NCBI RefSeq assembly: GCF_963921235.1 | Contig: NC_086097.1 | Span: 162,442,001-162,506,000 of the forward strand | Direction: 5' to 3' | Length of the DNA stretch: 64,000 nucleotides | Origin: Mobula hypostoma | Lineage: Eukaryota | In this document: in pieces, positions 1 through 13,437 of the stretch | Position numbering within the stretch: position 1 is the first letter of the stretch | How the letters are laid out: the number at the start of each line of letters is the position of its first letter | Translations under genes and position numbers: made by a program | The notes under the pieces: model-generated | What the model was told of the DNA's origin: nothing | The model's input: only the letters and a program-made list of their open reading frames with translations | Database searches by the model: none

Positions 1-59
1 CCATTTATATTTCTTGCTAAGTGTTCTTGTTCGAATTTAGAGGACTTGGAACTTTGGAA

Positions 60-250
60 GGACAGAAAGCAAGCAAAGAGGTGCAACAGGTAATTTGGAA
101 GACTGGATTTATCTCAATAGGGCAGAATATAGAAGTAGGGAAGTCATATTACAACAGTAGTGAGACTATATCTACAGTTTTGGTACCTTTATTTAAGGGA
201 TATCAGTGTAGAATGTTTTAAAGAGAAGATTCACTGGAATGATCTCAGAG
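60..250 (+). mobile_element. Highly decayed CR1 LINE ORF2 3' fragment
   Basis: Degenerate match to the CR1 segment FISRGIEYRSREVML..QFW.P..RRFT.MI, which is better preserved at 28980-29170 and 11570-11750. Confidence 0.5.
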
Positions 251-259
251 TGTTGTAGT

Positions 260-645
260 TCACTTCAATTGATTGCATGATTTGTTTTGTTTTTCCTTCC
301 TCTTGTGGGTTGGGCATTTTTCTTTAATTGGGTTCTTTTGGGTTTCTTGCTTTATGGCTGCCTGCAAGCAAACAATTCTCAAGGTTGTATAATTTAAACA
401 TTCTTTGATAATAAATGCACTTTGAATCTATGAATCTTTGAATGATCTCCATGTAGCAAAACCAAAACTCTGGTCATTGAGTTTTGGAATTCGGTGGGTG
501 CTGCCCCCGCCCCCGCCCCCGCCCCCGGGTGCTGAGGTAGAAATGGTTAAAAGTTCCCAGGTGTAAACGTCATCAATAACTTACCCTGATCCAACCACAT
601 TAATGTTATAGCTAAGAAAGCAGATGAGCACCTCTTCTTCCTCGT
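260..645 (+). mobile_element. Rex1/Babar LINE remnants (3' tail and short RT C-terminal piece)
   Basis: The tail 'ctcaaggttgtat...tttgataataaatgcactttgaatct' matches the tails at 22545-22612 and 48705-48780. 535-645 resembles VE.V..FKFLGV.I...L.WS.HI...AKKA..RL.FL. Confidence 0.45.
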
Positions 646-1115
646 TGATTAGTAATATGCTTTTTCAGGGTTACTGGTTTAATTTTAAACTCATATAGAT
701 CATGCTGGGAAGGCAAAGAAAGAATAGTACTTTTTCCTGGTGAAGCAGTGTAAACCATCTGTGTATTAAGAAAGAAGTTTAAGTCTTATTTATTATTATT
801 ATTTTATTTTTGGATCATATGTAATTTTTTTGTTCATAATTCTGGCATCTTTAGTCAACTTCTTTGCCTGTCATACCATCTGAAACCATTAATTTGTAAC
901 ATTACTAAAAATTGAACAGAAAATTCTTGATACTGCAGTTTAGCTTATTGTTACGTTAATATGATATGCGAGGATTTTAGAAGTATGCTTTGCTAAATTC
1001 TGGCTTAAACTAAAGCTGCCTAATAAATTACTAAGCAGCATTTGATCACTCAATGGATGCAATCTGTATGCACAGTTACAAAATCACTGATTTTTAATTT
1101 TTAAAACGATTTCTT

Positions 1116-1985
1116 TATAGAGTAGTAGAACACTGCAACACAGTAAAAGGTCCTTTGGCCCATCTAGTCCATATCTGCTTAGTCCCGTTGACCTGCACCG
1201 AGACCATAGCCCTCCCATCCATGTACCTCCCCATGTACCTACCCAATTTTCTCCTAAATGTTGAAATTGAGCCCACATCCATCACTTCCACTGGCAGTTT
1301 GCTCCACACTCTCACTGCTGTCTGAGTGAAGAAGTTCCTGCTCATGATCCCCTTAAACATTTCAACTTTGGCCCTTAACCCATGATCTCTAATTCTAGTC
1401 TCATCCAAACTCAGTGGAAAAAACATCCAAGCATTTACCCTGTCTCTACCCCTCATAATATTCTACATCTCCATCAAATCTCCCCTCAATCTTCTACATT
1501 CTGGGGAATAAAGACTGAACCTATTCAACCTTCCCTGATATCTTAGGTCCTCAAGTCCCAGCAATATCCTTGTAAATTTTCTCTGCACTCTTTCAATCTT
1601 TTTTACGTTTTTTTCCCTGTAGGTAAGTGACCAAAACTGACGCAATACTCCAAATTAGGCCTCACCAATTTCTTATATAATTTCAACATAACATTCTACC
1701 TTCTGTACTCAATACACTGATTTTTGAAGGCCAATGTGCTTTCTTTTTGACCCTATCTACTTGTGAGAACAGTTTTGAGGAATTATGGATCTATATTTCC
1801 AAATCATTCTGTTCTGCCACACTCCTCAGTGCCCTTCCACTCACAGTGTAAGACCTACCCTGGTTGGTCCTCCCAAAGTGCAATACCTCACACTTGTCTG
1901 CATTAAATTCCACCTACCATTTTTCAGCCCATTTTACTAGCTGCTCCAGATCCCGCTGCAAGCTTTGGTAGCCTTCCTCGCTGTC
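1116..1985 (-). mobile_element. CR1 LINE, ORF2 C-terminus plus 3' UTR
   Basis: ORFs 1463-1645 (IERVQRKFTRILLGLEDL..RRLRGDLME) and 1115-1456 (NFFTQ..VRVW..LP) are CR1 ORF2 C-terminal motifs. The 3' UTR ends in GGCCAAAGGACC..GTGTTGCAGTGTTCTA. Confidence 0.9.
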
Positions 1986-4105
1986 TAATGCACCTTCAAT
2001 CTTGGCACCATGTGTAAATGTGTTGAGGACTGGCTCAAGGACATCTGGTTTCCTCTTCTTGACAACAAAATCAGCTCCTTGGTCTTCCTATAAGGTGACT
2101 CCTCACCATCTTTGATTTGGCCTATGATAGTGATGTTGTCAGCAAACTTCAATATGATATTGGAGCTGTGCTTAGCCACACAGTCATAAGTGTAAAATGA
2201 GTAGAGCAGGAGGCTAAGCACACAGCTTTGTGGTATACCTGTGCTGATGGAGATCGTGAAGGAGCTGTTACCAATCCAAACTGACCATGGCCTGCAAATG
2301 AGAAATTTGAGGATCCAATTGCATAAGGAGGTATTGAGGCCAAGGTCTGGAAGCTTATTGATTAGAGATAGATTTGAGAGGATGATAGTAGTGAATGCCA
2401 AGCTGTCGTCGATAAAGAGCATCCTGATGTTCTTTGCTGTCCCAATGCTCCAGATTTGAGTGAAAAGCCAATGAAATAGCATTTCCTGTGGATCTATTGT
2501 GCCAGTAGGCAAATTGGAGCAGATCCAAGTCAGTTCTCAGGCAGGAATTAATATGTTTCATCATCAACCTCTCAAGACATTTCATCACTGTGGATGATAG
2601 TTATTGAGGTCAGTTACCATGTTGTTAGGTACTGGTATAATTGAAGCCTGCTTGAAGCAGCTGGTAACCTCAGATTGGCAAAGTGAGAATTTAAAGATCT
2701 AAATGAACACTCTAGGCAATTGATCAGCGTAGGTCTTTAGTACTTGGCCAGGTATCTCATCTGGGCCAATGCTTTCCATGGGTTCACCCTCCTGAAGGAT
2801 GCTCTCACCAGTGTCAGAGAATGAAATCACTGGATCATCAAGGGCTGTGTGAGCTTGTGAACGTTGTTCCATGTTTTGGTGGTGAAAGTGAGCATAGAAA
2901 GCATTGAGCTCATCTGAAAGTGAAGCCCAGTTGTCACTTATGTCTCTTAATTTTGCTTTGTAAAGGGTGATAGCATTCAAGCTCTGCCACAGCTGTCGAG
3001 CATTCTTCATTGATTCAAGTTTAGTCAGAATTGCCATTTTGCCAATGAGATGGCTTTCCAGAGTCATATCTGGACATCTTGTAACTTTCTTGATCACCAG
3101 ACTTGAATGCATCTGATCTGGCCCTCAGCAGATTGTGAATCTCATGGTTCATCTAATATTAATAGGCATCCGTTAGTCTCGTGAGACCATGGATTTGCGC
3201 CTTGGAAGGTTGTAAGGAAGACCAGCAGTTGGCCATGCTGCAAGTCTCCCCTCTCCACATCACCGATGTTGTCCAAAGGAAGGGCACTAGGGCCGATACA
3301 GCTGGGCACCAGTGTCATCACAGAGCAGTGTGTGGTTAAGTACCTTGCTCAAGGACACAACATGCTGCTTCAGCTGAGGCTCGAACTAGCGACCTTCAGA
3401 TCACCAGACCAATGCCTTAACCACTTGGCCATGCGCCAGCATCTGAGGCTTCTGATTGGGGATGTCTCTGAATGATTTTGTGGTGACACACTCATCTATG
3501 TCCATTTTTATAAAGTCCATGACAACTGTTGTGTACTCATTTAGATCCACAGATGAGTTTTTGAACACGGCCCAGTCCACTGACTTGAAGCATCCCGTAA
3601 CCAATCCTCTGCCTCCTGTGACCACCTCTTCGTTGTCCTAATCTCTGGAGCCTTGCTCTTTAGCTTCTACCTGTATGGAGGTACAAGAAGGACAGCCAGG
3701 TGATCAGATTTCCTGCAATGCAGTTGAGCATGGAATGGCAGGCATTTCTTATCTTGGTATAGCCATGGTCTAGCGTGTTGAAACCTCTGGTGCTGCTGAT
3801 TATATGCTAATGTTAATTGGGCAGGGTTTTCTTCAAATAATCCTGATTGAAGTCCCTGACTATGATAAGAAAATCATCCGGATGGATGATTTCATGTTTG
3901 GTGATGACAACATGCAGTATCTCAAGTGCTTGATTATAGTCAGCCGCTGGTTGTGTGTAAACTGCAGTCAGGATCATGGAGGAGAACTCTTGTGGTAAAT
4001 TGAATGGATGGCATTTGATCATTAGATGTTCAGGTTCGGGGAAACACGAGTGCAACAAAATGGACACATCGGAGCACCACACCGAACTTAGCATGAAACA
4101 CACAC
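1986..4105 (-). mobile_element. Rex1/Babar LINE, endonuclease plus RT, frameshifted and split by a SINE
   Basis: RT motifs [25 protein letters not shown] and [10 protein letters not shown]; linker MKCLERLMMKHI and PNQKP; endonuclease region AVYTQP..IIVRDFNQ (ORFs 1985-2512, 2355-2588, 2699-3112, 3401-3625, 3813-4103). Confidence 0.88.
3155..3439 (-). mobile_element. tRNA-derived SINE nested in the Rex element
   Basis: Minus-strand head GGCGCATGGCCAAGTGGTTAAGG..AGTTCGAGCC carries Pol III A and B boxes. CATCT flanks both sides (3150-3154, 3440-3444), and the host PNQKP.MNHEI coding sequence rejoins across the insert. Confidence 0.85.
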
Positions 4106-4109
4106 TTCC

Positions 4110-5365
4110 ACCTTTCTGCTACCTCATCCTGAATGCCAAGTGATGGAATCTTCTTGACTAACCTCTCATGTGGGACCTTGTCGAAGGCCTTCCCTTCATC
4201 AACTTTCCTGGTAACTTCCTCAACAAACAATAAGAATGGTTAGACATGACTTGCACAGACAAGCCATGTTGACTAGCCCTAATCAGACTCTGTTTATTCA
4301 AATGCTTATATGTGCGGTTCCTTAGAATACTTTCCAATAACTTATGCATTACTTATGTCAGGCTCATTGGCTTACAAATTCCCAGCTTATTCTTGAAGCC
4401 TTTCTTAAATAACAGAACAACATTAGCTATCCTCCAATCTTCTTCACCCATGGCTAAGGACATTTTAGATATCTCTGCTAAGGCCCCTGCAATTTTTGCA
4501 CGAACCTCTCACTGCATCTGAGGGAGCACATTGTCAGGCCCTGGGGTTTATCCACCCTAATTTGCCTCAAGACAGCAAACACCTCCTCCTCTGTAATCTA
4601 TATGCAGTCCATCTCTCTGCTGCTTTGCTTCACTTCTCTAGACTCTGTGTTCATCTCCCAAGTAAAAACAGATACAAAAATCCATTTAAGATCTCCCCCT
4701 TTTCATTCAGCCCCATGCATAGATGACCACTCTGATCTTTCTGCTCTTAATCTGAAGAAGCCTTTGGGATTCTCCTTCACCTTGTCTCCTAGAGCAACCT
4801 CAAGCCTTTTAGCCCTCTTGACTTCCTCCTTAAGTGTTCTTTTACATTTCTTATACTCCTCAAGTACCTCATTTGCTCCTTTCTGCCTGTACCTGCTATG
4901 TGCTGCTGCCTTCTTCTTAACCAGCGCCTCAGTATTTCTCGAAAACCAAAGCTCCCTAAACCTGCTATCCTTGTCTTTTATTCTGACACTCAAAATTTCA
5001 CTTTTGAAGGCCTTCTACATACCAAGTATATCTTTGCCATAAAACAACCTGTCCCAATCCACACTTGCCAGATCTTTTCTGATATCATTAATATTGGCCT
5101 TTCTCTAATTTACAGTCTCATCCCATGGACCATACCTGCCCTTTTCCATAATTATCTTGAAACTAATGGCATTATGATCACTAGATGCAAAATGTTCCCC
5201 TACACAAACTTCTGTACCTACCCTGTCTTATTCCCTAATAGGAGATCTGGTGTCACACTCTCTCTAGTTAGGACCTCTATGCATTGATTAAAGAAACTTT
5301 CCTGAACACATTTGCCAAACTCTAACCCATCCAGTCAATTTACATTATGGGAGTCCCAGTCATAT
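4110..5365 (-). mobile_element. CR1 LINE ORF2, endonuclease-RT linker and RT N-terminus
   Basis: KAFDKVPHERLVKKI, KLLESILR..SQHG and KVKENPKGFF motifs (ORFs 4030-4230, 4158-4349, 4703-4993). Confidence 0.85.
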
Positions 5366-6184
5366 CTCCTTCCCGGCACTTACCTTTGTAAGTGGAACAA
5401 GTGCTACACATGCCCTTACACTTCCTCCCTCACTACCATTCAGGGCCCCAGATAGTCCTTCCAGGTGAGGCAACACTTCACCTGTGAGTTGGCTGGGGTG
5501 ATATACTGTGTCCGGTGCTCCTGATGTGGCCTTCTATATATTGGCGAGACCCGACGCAGGTTGGAAGACCGTTTTGCTGAACACCTACGTTCTGTCCGCC
5601 AGAGAAAGCAGGATCTCCCGTGGCTACGCATTTTAATTCCACGTCCCATTCCCATTCTGATATGTCTATCACGGCCTCCTCTACTGTAAAGATGAAGCCA
5701 CACTCAGGTTGGAGGAACAACACCTTATATTCCGTCTGGGTAGCCTCCAACCTGATGGCATAAACACTGACTTCTCTAACTTCTGCTAATGCCCCACTTC
5801 CCCTTCGTACCCCATCCCTTATTTATTTATTTGTTTTTTTTTCTCTTTTTCTCCCTCTGTCTCTCTCTCTCTCACTATAATTCCTTGCCCATCCTCTGGG
5901 CTCCCCTCCCCTTTCTTTCTCCCTAGGCCTCCCGTCCCATGATCCTCTCCTTTCTGCAGCCTCCTATCCCTTCTGCCAATCAACTTTCCAGCTCTTAGCT
6001 CCATCCCTCCCCCTCCTGTCTTCTCCTATCATTTCGGATCTGCCCCTCCCCCTCCCACTTTTAAATCTTTAATCTTTCAGTTAGTCCTGACGAAGGATCT
6101 TGGCCGGAAAAGTTGACTGTACCTCTTCCTATAGATGCTGCCTGGCCTGCTGCGTTCACCAGCATTTTTTATGTGTGTTGCTTG
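5366..6184 (+). mobile_element. Penelope-like element 3' part: GIY-YIG endonuclease plus pLTR with a degenerate hammerhead
   Basis: Manual translation gives PGTYLCKWNKCYTC..FTCELAGVIYCVRCS*CGLLYIGETRRRLEDRFAEHLRSV (GIY-YIG). A pyrimidine-rich UTR follows, then AGTC-CTGACGA..GAAA..GACT at 6083-6118. Confidence 0.9.
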
Positions 6185-6632
6185 ATACCATCCGGGAATC
6201 TCATTCTTGTCCACGGAACCTCTTGTCTGTTCCCCTAAACAATGATCTCTATCACTACAGCTTACCTCTTCTCCCCTGCTTCAAGTCTGAGCCACAGAGC
6301 AAGACTCAGTGCCAGAAACCTGACTACTATGGCTTTCCTCTGCTAGATCATCCCCCTCAACAGTATCCAAAGTGGTGTACTTGTTGAGGGGAACCACTAC
6401 AGTGGTACCCTGCACTGGCTGCATATCCCCTTTACCCTCCTGACAGTCACAGTTACCTGTGTCATGTGCTTTCAGCTTAGCTGTTACCTCGTTTTGTTGG
6501 TCGATCAACCCCTCAGCCTCCCAAATGATCTGGAATTCATCCAGCTCCAGATCCAATCCCTCAGCAAGTTCTGAAGGAAGCTGTAGCTGGATGCATTTCT
6601 TGCAGGTGTAGTTATCAGTGACACTGGAGGTT
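6183..6632 (-). mobile_element. CR1 LINE ORF1 fragment (start of the esterase-like domain)
   Basis: ORF 6281-6556 VPLNKYTTLDTVEGDDLAEES. The downstream degenerate IV.GTD.RF.G..DSRMV segment is typical of CR1 ORF1. Confidence 0.7.
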
Positions 6633-9574
6633 CAAAGGTTCATTTATTATCAATGTATTCAACTCTGACACCCTGGCCCATTCACACAGTGGCCGCTCTG
6701 CTTCAACCTAACGTCTTTTTATTGGCCCTTACCAAGTGCCTAATTATCCAACGTCTCCTCAGGAACTGTGGCGCACAGAATGTTCCAACTGTCCCACTCA
6801 CTTTGAAATCTCTCTCCCACTACTCACAATCTGACGCCTATTAACCTTACTATTAACATTCTTTTTACTATTAATTTTTAACACAGGTTTTTTTTAGTTA
6901 TTTGTTTTTTCAGGATGGTTCCTTGGTTATATTTCGCTATCTCCCTGACAATTTCAAATAAGCTGTCCAATTTTATGACACAGGCTAGAGATTTATTTAT
7001 CAAAAACAAATGGAATTGAGTGAAACTGAGAGTGAAATATGTGGCTGAAGTTCGAAGTTCAAATTTATTTTCAAAGTATGTATATCATATACTGCCTTGA
7101 GGTTCACCTTCCTGCAGGCACTTACGTAATGACACCGAACCCCTCTTCATTTTCTGCTCTCATCCTCGAAGATTTTAATCTGGCTCGATACTTTTATCAG
7201 TCTGACGTAATGGAGCCAGCTACGGGTTGGTCTTCTGTTATCAGGCCTCGATGTAGCATCCACCCCCAGTGATGGCTGCCCTGGCTGTACCTGCACTCTC
7301 AAGTGTCTAGTTTGCCAAATCCCCCAGGAGAACGTAAAAGTGCCAGATTGTTTAGTTGGCTCAAAAGTACATCTTTAAAAGGGAAATTGCAGACTGCAGT
7401 GATCGCAGTCTAGAAGAAGCAGTGTATCTGTTACAGTATCTAGCTGATTTGTGAGCTATCTGAAAAACGTTGCTGTTTGTCACTGGCACCATCTTGCATT
7501 TTGAAGTTGGCTGTGATCACAGTCAGATCTCTGATGGACTGTATTTCATACACCCTCAAGAGAGGAGCATAATGAAAGATTTCTCCCAACATCTTGGATA
7601 TTTTCACAACTCATGTTGATGAAGCTTAAAGCAGCTAATAAAATTTCTCCCAGAATACCGTTCACCTAAAAAGTACTTCTTTTGATGGAAACTGCTGTGA
7701 CCAACCTGTGAAACAAAGAATTTCTAAAATAGTTGCCAGGATATATAAATACCTTAAGCCATCTCATGTGGCTGTGGCACATCTGTTTTCTGTGTGGATA
7801 CATATTCCCAGCTTCCTTTTAAAGTTCAGCTGATGTTAACCCATGATTAATGCCTGCTTGAAGGGAATAGACAAGATAAAGAATCTTTTTTACAAGGCTC
7901 CTTATTCTTAGTTTCATTTTGTCACATGACTATTCCAGTTGTCAAAGTTCTTGCTTGGGGCATTTGTATTATATTAGATCTTTTCATACCATGAACATAA
8001 CTGATTTCACAGCATCCCCTGGTTCAAGTTGGAAATGTAAAGAGGTCTTTTCATCTTGGACTCCTGCAAATTCTCTGTCCGTATACTGTATTCTCACAAG
8101 TCATTCTGTATGTTCTGGGTCACACTGCATTCTAACGTTAATGTCAGAGAGAGAGAGGTAAATTTGTCACTTCCCTATTAGTATCAAGTGACCTCCTTTC
8201 TTCCGATTGAATCCCCTCCACCTTTAGCTTATGTCCCAACTATTGAATATTAAATTAGATTGCACGTGATTTACATATTTTTCCAAAAGTTGTCTGTAAT
8301 GATCCCTAATTTTGTTCTGCAGTCTTGTTCCTCTTGTTTCTTCCTTTTCTTAAGGCTGGTTTTATCTTCTTTTTTCTCCTCTCTCTCTCATTGTCAGTTC
8401 ACTCACATTTAGAATTCTTCTGACTCTCATTTTGAAAAAAAGAGAAACAGAACTTTGGAAAATACCTTTTGGTTCAACTTGTCCAGCCAATCAAGATGCC
8501 CTTCTTGGCTCTGAATAATATTATTTTGCATGGTTATCACTTTCACCACCCTGCCAATCTAAAGTCCTTGTATTTTTGTGTCATCTCAAACTATTCCGGA
8601 CCAATGCCACATTGAAGCTCGGTCTAGCCTGTTGTTATTCATATACTACACACTTTATTATCAAATGGTGAAGATACAATGAGAACTTGTGCTGGTTCCA
8701 ACTAAGTGTATTCATATGAAGTATTTAGAACCCTCCTGTAGCACTCTTGCTCAGGTCTTCTGCCTAATTAGTTCCTCTTTTATCTTGACAGTATTTATTA
8801 TGCTTCCATTTCTCATTTTGATTTGGCGAAATTCATCACCCACACTTTTGTTTGTTTTTATCACCTCCAAGATCATATTGCAAATATGATCATAGTGCTA
8901 GATCAAAATGACAAAGAAGGAGATGTTGGAGGTCTTGAAACACATAAAAGCAGACAGGTCCTGCGTTCTGAGCAGTTATACCTAGATGTTACGAGAATTA
9001 AGAGAAAGGGGTTTTTGGGGTCTTGACAAAGATGTAACCCTTTCACTGGGCTTGTATGTAAACTCGGCCCATTAGCGGGCTCTGCTAATGGTTATGTGAC
9101 TCAGCGATGAGAAGACCACCGTTCACAAACAATATACATCTAGCGTTGGTATAATTTGGGGTTCAACCAAATGGGAGCGTCATGATGTTCCAATTAAAGA
9201 AACCTTGATTTGAGCAAATGCTGTGTTAAGTATTGCCCACACACATTTGTCAGTCAGTAAGAAATAACAGATCGTACTCTGCATAAAATTTTAACGAAAG
9301 TGTATTTACGAATTTCAGCTTAGTCAAGTCTCACCCAACCTGAGGGGAAAAAGCCTGCTGGCAGGGTAATGGCAGAGTGACACAACATGAGTCTACGGAC
9401 TGCGGTGGCAGATGTTTCTGCTGATAGCCTGCAGCCCCTCATGGTTGGGTGTCTACTTCAGAGCTGTCAGTTCTGTTTTGAGACCATTTTTTGTTGGTTA
9501 GTGTCACGCATGACTTCATGGTGTTGTTTGCAAAGTAACAAAATAGAAAGCCACCAGGTGGCAGCATCTGCTTG

Positions 9575-9818
9575 ACTGTAACTACTACCATCAGGAAGAA
9601 GGTACAGACACAACATTTTAGCAACAGTTTTGTTCCCCTCTGTCATCAGATTTCTGAACGGGGTCCATGAACTCATGAACACTACTTTAGTCCTCTTTTG
9701 CACTATTTTGTATTGTAACTTATAGCATTTTGTTATGCCTGCACTGTACTGCTGCCACAAAACAACAAATTTCATGACTTATGTCAGTGACAATAAACCT
9801 GATTTGGATTCTGATCCT
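9575..9818 (+). mobile_element. Rex1/Babar LINE 3' end
   Basis: LLPSGRRYR..F.NSF.P..IRFLN coding remnant, followed by the tail 'tgacaataaacctgatttggattctgat'. Confidence 0.7.
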
Positions 9819-9834
9819 GAAGCCTGGGAGGATA

Positions 9835-10170
9835 CCTAAAAGATTCACAAGGATGTTACTGGGCTGAAGAACTCCAGCTATAAGGAGTGACTGAAAAGGT
9901 TGAGACTGGAGTGAGGGAGGGTGTGGGATGACCTTAAAGAGGTTTATAAAATCATCAAAGGTGTAGGTAGGGTGAATGGTCGCAGCCCAGGGTAGAGGAG
10001 TTGCCAGAGGAGGTGATAGAGGTAGCTATAAATATGGTACTTAAAAGGCAATTAGACAGGTAGATAGCTAGGAAAGGTTTAGAAGATATGGACCAATTGC
10101 AGGCAAATGGGACCATGGACCTTATCTGGCATGGATTTAGGCTGAAGGGCCTGTTTCTATTACTCTATGA
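9835..10170 (+). mobile_element. Decayed CR1 LINE 3' end
   Basis: RFTRMLLG..SYKE.L.RL remnant and the 3' UTR 'ggctgaagggcctgtttctattactctatgact'. Confidence 0.7.
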
Positions 10171-10724
10171 CTAACCAAGATCTCCAAATCTTGGTCCATG
10201 GACCTGGAGATTGCAACACTTCTGAAATTCTTCTCCCTCCACCCTTCTTTCAGGAAGTGAATTCCAGATGCTTGCCAGTCTCAACACTATTTATTTATTT
10301 TGATAATTATTTGACATTTGTACTCCACTGGTTATTGACCTCGCCATTCAGGAGAATAGATTTTCCATCTAGCAATGTCTGTACAATTTTAAGTTTATTT
10401 ATTCATAGTAAAATAAAATATATAAACATAAAACAGTGGTCTACATTACCTGAAATGGCAAAGGTATGAGCCATTAACCATTTGTTTCATGCTGAAGCAT
10501 TGGAGCCCCTAAACCTCATAGAGTCATAGAGCACAGAAACAGGCCCTTCAGCCCATCTGAATCATAGTGGCTGATTTGGTTAATGAATTGTCTGCCCCAG
10601 ACTTAGTGTATGAATAGTCTGAGTAGAGGTGGTTAACACATTAACCAAGTCAGTTGATTAATGAATTGCCCAACCCGAGGTGATATGAAGATTGGTGGCT
10701 TGTGGGCAGAATAAAAGATTGCTA

Positions 10725-12172
10725 AAATTCTGGAATGGTTCCGGTTGACCAGAAAATTGCAAATGTCGGTCCAATCTTCAAGAAGGGAGAGAGGCAGAAG
10801 AAAAGAGATGATCGGCCAGTTAGTCTGACCTCAGTGATTGGGAGGACGTTGAAGTTGATTATTAAGGATGAAGTCTCAGGGTACTTGGAGGCACATGATA
10901 AAATAGATCATAGTCAGCATGGTTTCCTAAAGGTAAAATCTTGCTTGACAAATCTGTTGGAATTCTTTGAAGAAATAACAAGCAGGATAGACAAAGGAGA
11001 ATTGGCTGAAGTTGTGTTCTTCGATTTTCAGAAGGCCTTTGACAAGGTGCCACACGTGAGGCTGCTTAACAAACTACGAGCCTATGGTATTGCAGGATAG
11101 ATTCTAGAATAGATAAAGCAGAGGCTGATTGGCTGGAGGCAAAGAGTGGGAATAAAGGGAGCCTTTTCTAATTGACTGCCAGTGACTAGTGGTGTTCCAC
11201 AGGGCCTGTGTTGGAACCGATTTTTTAAAGTATATATCAGTGATTTGGATGATGGAATTTATGGCCTTCCTGCAAAGGTTGCAGATGATAAGAATATAGT
11301 TGGAGGGGCAGGTAGTTTTGAAGAGGTAGAGAGGCTACATAAGAACTTAGACAGATTAGAAGAACGGCCAAAGAAGTGGCAGATGGAATACAATGTCAGG
11401 AAATGTATGGTCGTGCACTTTGGTAGAAGAAATGAAAGGTTTGACTATTTTCTAAATGGAGAAAAAATACAAAAAACTGAGGTGCAGTGGGGCATGAGAG
11501 TCCTTGCACAGGATTCCCTAAAGGTTAATTTGCAGGTCGAGTCAGTGGTGAGGAAGGCAAATGTAATGTTAGCATTCATTTCAAGAGGACTGGAATATAA
11601 AAGCAAGAATGTAATGTTAAAACTATATAAAGTACTGATGAGGCCTCACTTGGAGTATTATGAGCAGTTTTGGGCCCCATATCTTTAAAAAGATTTGCTG
11701 AAACTGGAGGGGGCTCAAAGGAGGTTCATGAAAATGATTCCAGGATTGAATGGCTTGTCATAGGAAGAGCATCTGATGGCTCTGGGCCTGTATTCACTGG
11801 AATTCAGAAGAATAAGGGGTGACCTAATTGAAACCTATCAAATGGTGAAAAGCCTTGATAGAGTGGATGTGGAGAGGATGTTTCCTATGGTGGGAGAGTA
11901 TAAGACCAGAGGATAAATTCTGAGAATAGAGGGGTGTCCTTTTAGAATGGAGATGAGGAGAAATTTCTTTAGCTAGACAGTGGGTAAATCTGTAGAATCC
12001 TTTACCAGTCTATTTAGGGCAGAGGTTGATAGATTCTTGATTGGTCAGGGCATGAAGGGATATGGGGAGAAGGCAGGAGATTGGGGCTGTGAGGAAAACT
12101 GGATCAGCCATGATGAGATGGTAGAGCAGACTCAATGGGCCAAATGGTCTAATTCTGCTCCTATACCTTATG
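10725..12172 (+). mobile_element. CR1 LINE, RT domain to 3' UTR, decayed
   Basis: ORFs 10735-11100 (PIFKKG..RPVSLTSV..QHGF..SCLTNLLEFFE..DFQKAFDKVPH) and 11182-11688 (TSGVPQG..ADDK..RPHLEY). Confidence 0.93.
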
Positions 12173-12189
12173 GAAATAAAAGCAGAATA

Positions 12190-12975
12190 TAGATGAGTTG
12201 CAGCTATAGAAGGAGAAACTGCAGGTGGACAAATGTAAAGTGTTGCTCTTTGGGAGATCAAACGTAAAGGGACAGTGCACTGTTAGTGGCAAGACCCTTA
12301 ATAGTGATATCATACAGAGGGACTTTAGGGTCCCTGAAAGTGGTTGCACAGGTTGAGGGCATACAGCATAATTACCTTTCTTAGTGGAGTTCAAGAGTTA
12401 GGAAGTTACATTGCAGCTTTATAAAACCAGTTAGGCCACATCTGGTTGTCCCAATATAGGAAAGATGTAGAGACAGGGAGAGGGCGGAGAGATATTGGAG
12501 AAGAATTTAGAGACTTCAGTGAAGAGATTTACCCAGGAGGCTGGCTGAATTAGAGGGCATGTTCTATGAAGAAGACTAGACAAAAGTTCGATTATTTTCT
12601 CTGGGCCAGTGGAGGCTGAGGGAAGACATGATGCAAGTTTATGAGAGGTATATAGAATGGACCGACAGGATCTTTTTCCCAGCACTGAAATGCTTAACAC
12701 TAGAGGGCAGGCATTTAAAGTGGAGAAGGAAACATTCAAAGGAAATGTAGGGCAAGTTTTTTTTACGTAGAGTGGTGGTTGCCTTGAATATGCTGCTGGT
12801 AGTGGAGGTAAATATGACAAAAGTGTTTAACAGCTCTTAGGTAGGTACATGAAGCGACGTGGACAATATGTAGGCAGAAGGGTTTAGTTTAGTTGGGCAT
12901 ATAAGTACTGGTTTAATTAGATTGGCTCAATATCGTGGGCCAAAGTGCCTGGTTCCTGTGCTGTGTTCTATATTG
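12190..12975 (+). mobile_element. Older CR1 LINE 3' fragment
   Basis: Degenerate ORF2 C-terminal sequence and the 3' UTR 'tcgtgggccaaagtgcctggttcctgtgctgtgttcta'. Confidence 0.7.
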
Positions 12976-13145
12976 ATAGATGTCAAAAAAAAAGAGTATG
13001 GTGAGCTTTTTGAAGAAATGTAAATCTATTACCTTTGGTGTTCCTTGTTAATAATTATCTTCTAATAAAATCAGTTAAATGTATTATCTATTCTTCCTGC
13101 TTTTAGGGGGATTTTTCTTTGTGGCATCTATCTATCTGTCTGTCT

Positions 13146-13350
13146 ATAGATACAGCATGGTAACACGCTCTTTCCGCCCAATGATCCTGCAGTACCGAAT
13201 TACACCCATTTGACCAGGTAACCTACTAACCCTTCTTTGGAATATAGGAGGAAACTGCAGCACCTGGAGGAAACCCTCGCAGTCACAGGAATTGAACCTT
13301 GGTTGTTAGTGCTGTGATAATATTATGCTAATGTTATGTTACCCTGTGTT
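13146..13350 (-). mobile_element. V-SINE (HE1-like) remnant
   Basis: Central V-domain-like 'ggaggaaactgcagcacctggaggaaaccctcgcagtcacagga', with a CR1-like tail on one side and a degenerate tRNA head on the other. Confidence 0.65.
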
Positions 13351-13437
13351 ACCATGCCAGTCAATTAGCTTTCACTGTTCCTGCATGCAACTCAAAAGCA
13401 CTTGTTTGGCTATATGGTATTTTGGAATGTTCTAGGT

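Noticed and set aside
503..526. (GCCCCC)4 as Sp1 boxes, promoter or G-quadruplex
   Set aside because: It is an isolated simple repeat between LINE remnants, with no CpG island around it.
3370..3437. tRNA gene on the minus strand
   Set aside because: It has A and B boxes but no proper acceptor stem, and it continues into a SINE body flanked by a target duplication.
9033..9330. Possible LTR starting TGTAAC
   Set aside because: I could not find a matching CA end, a TSD or adjacent internal sequence.
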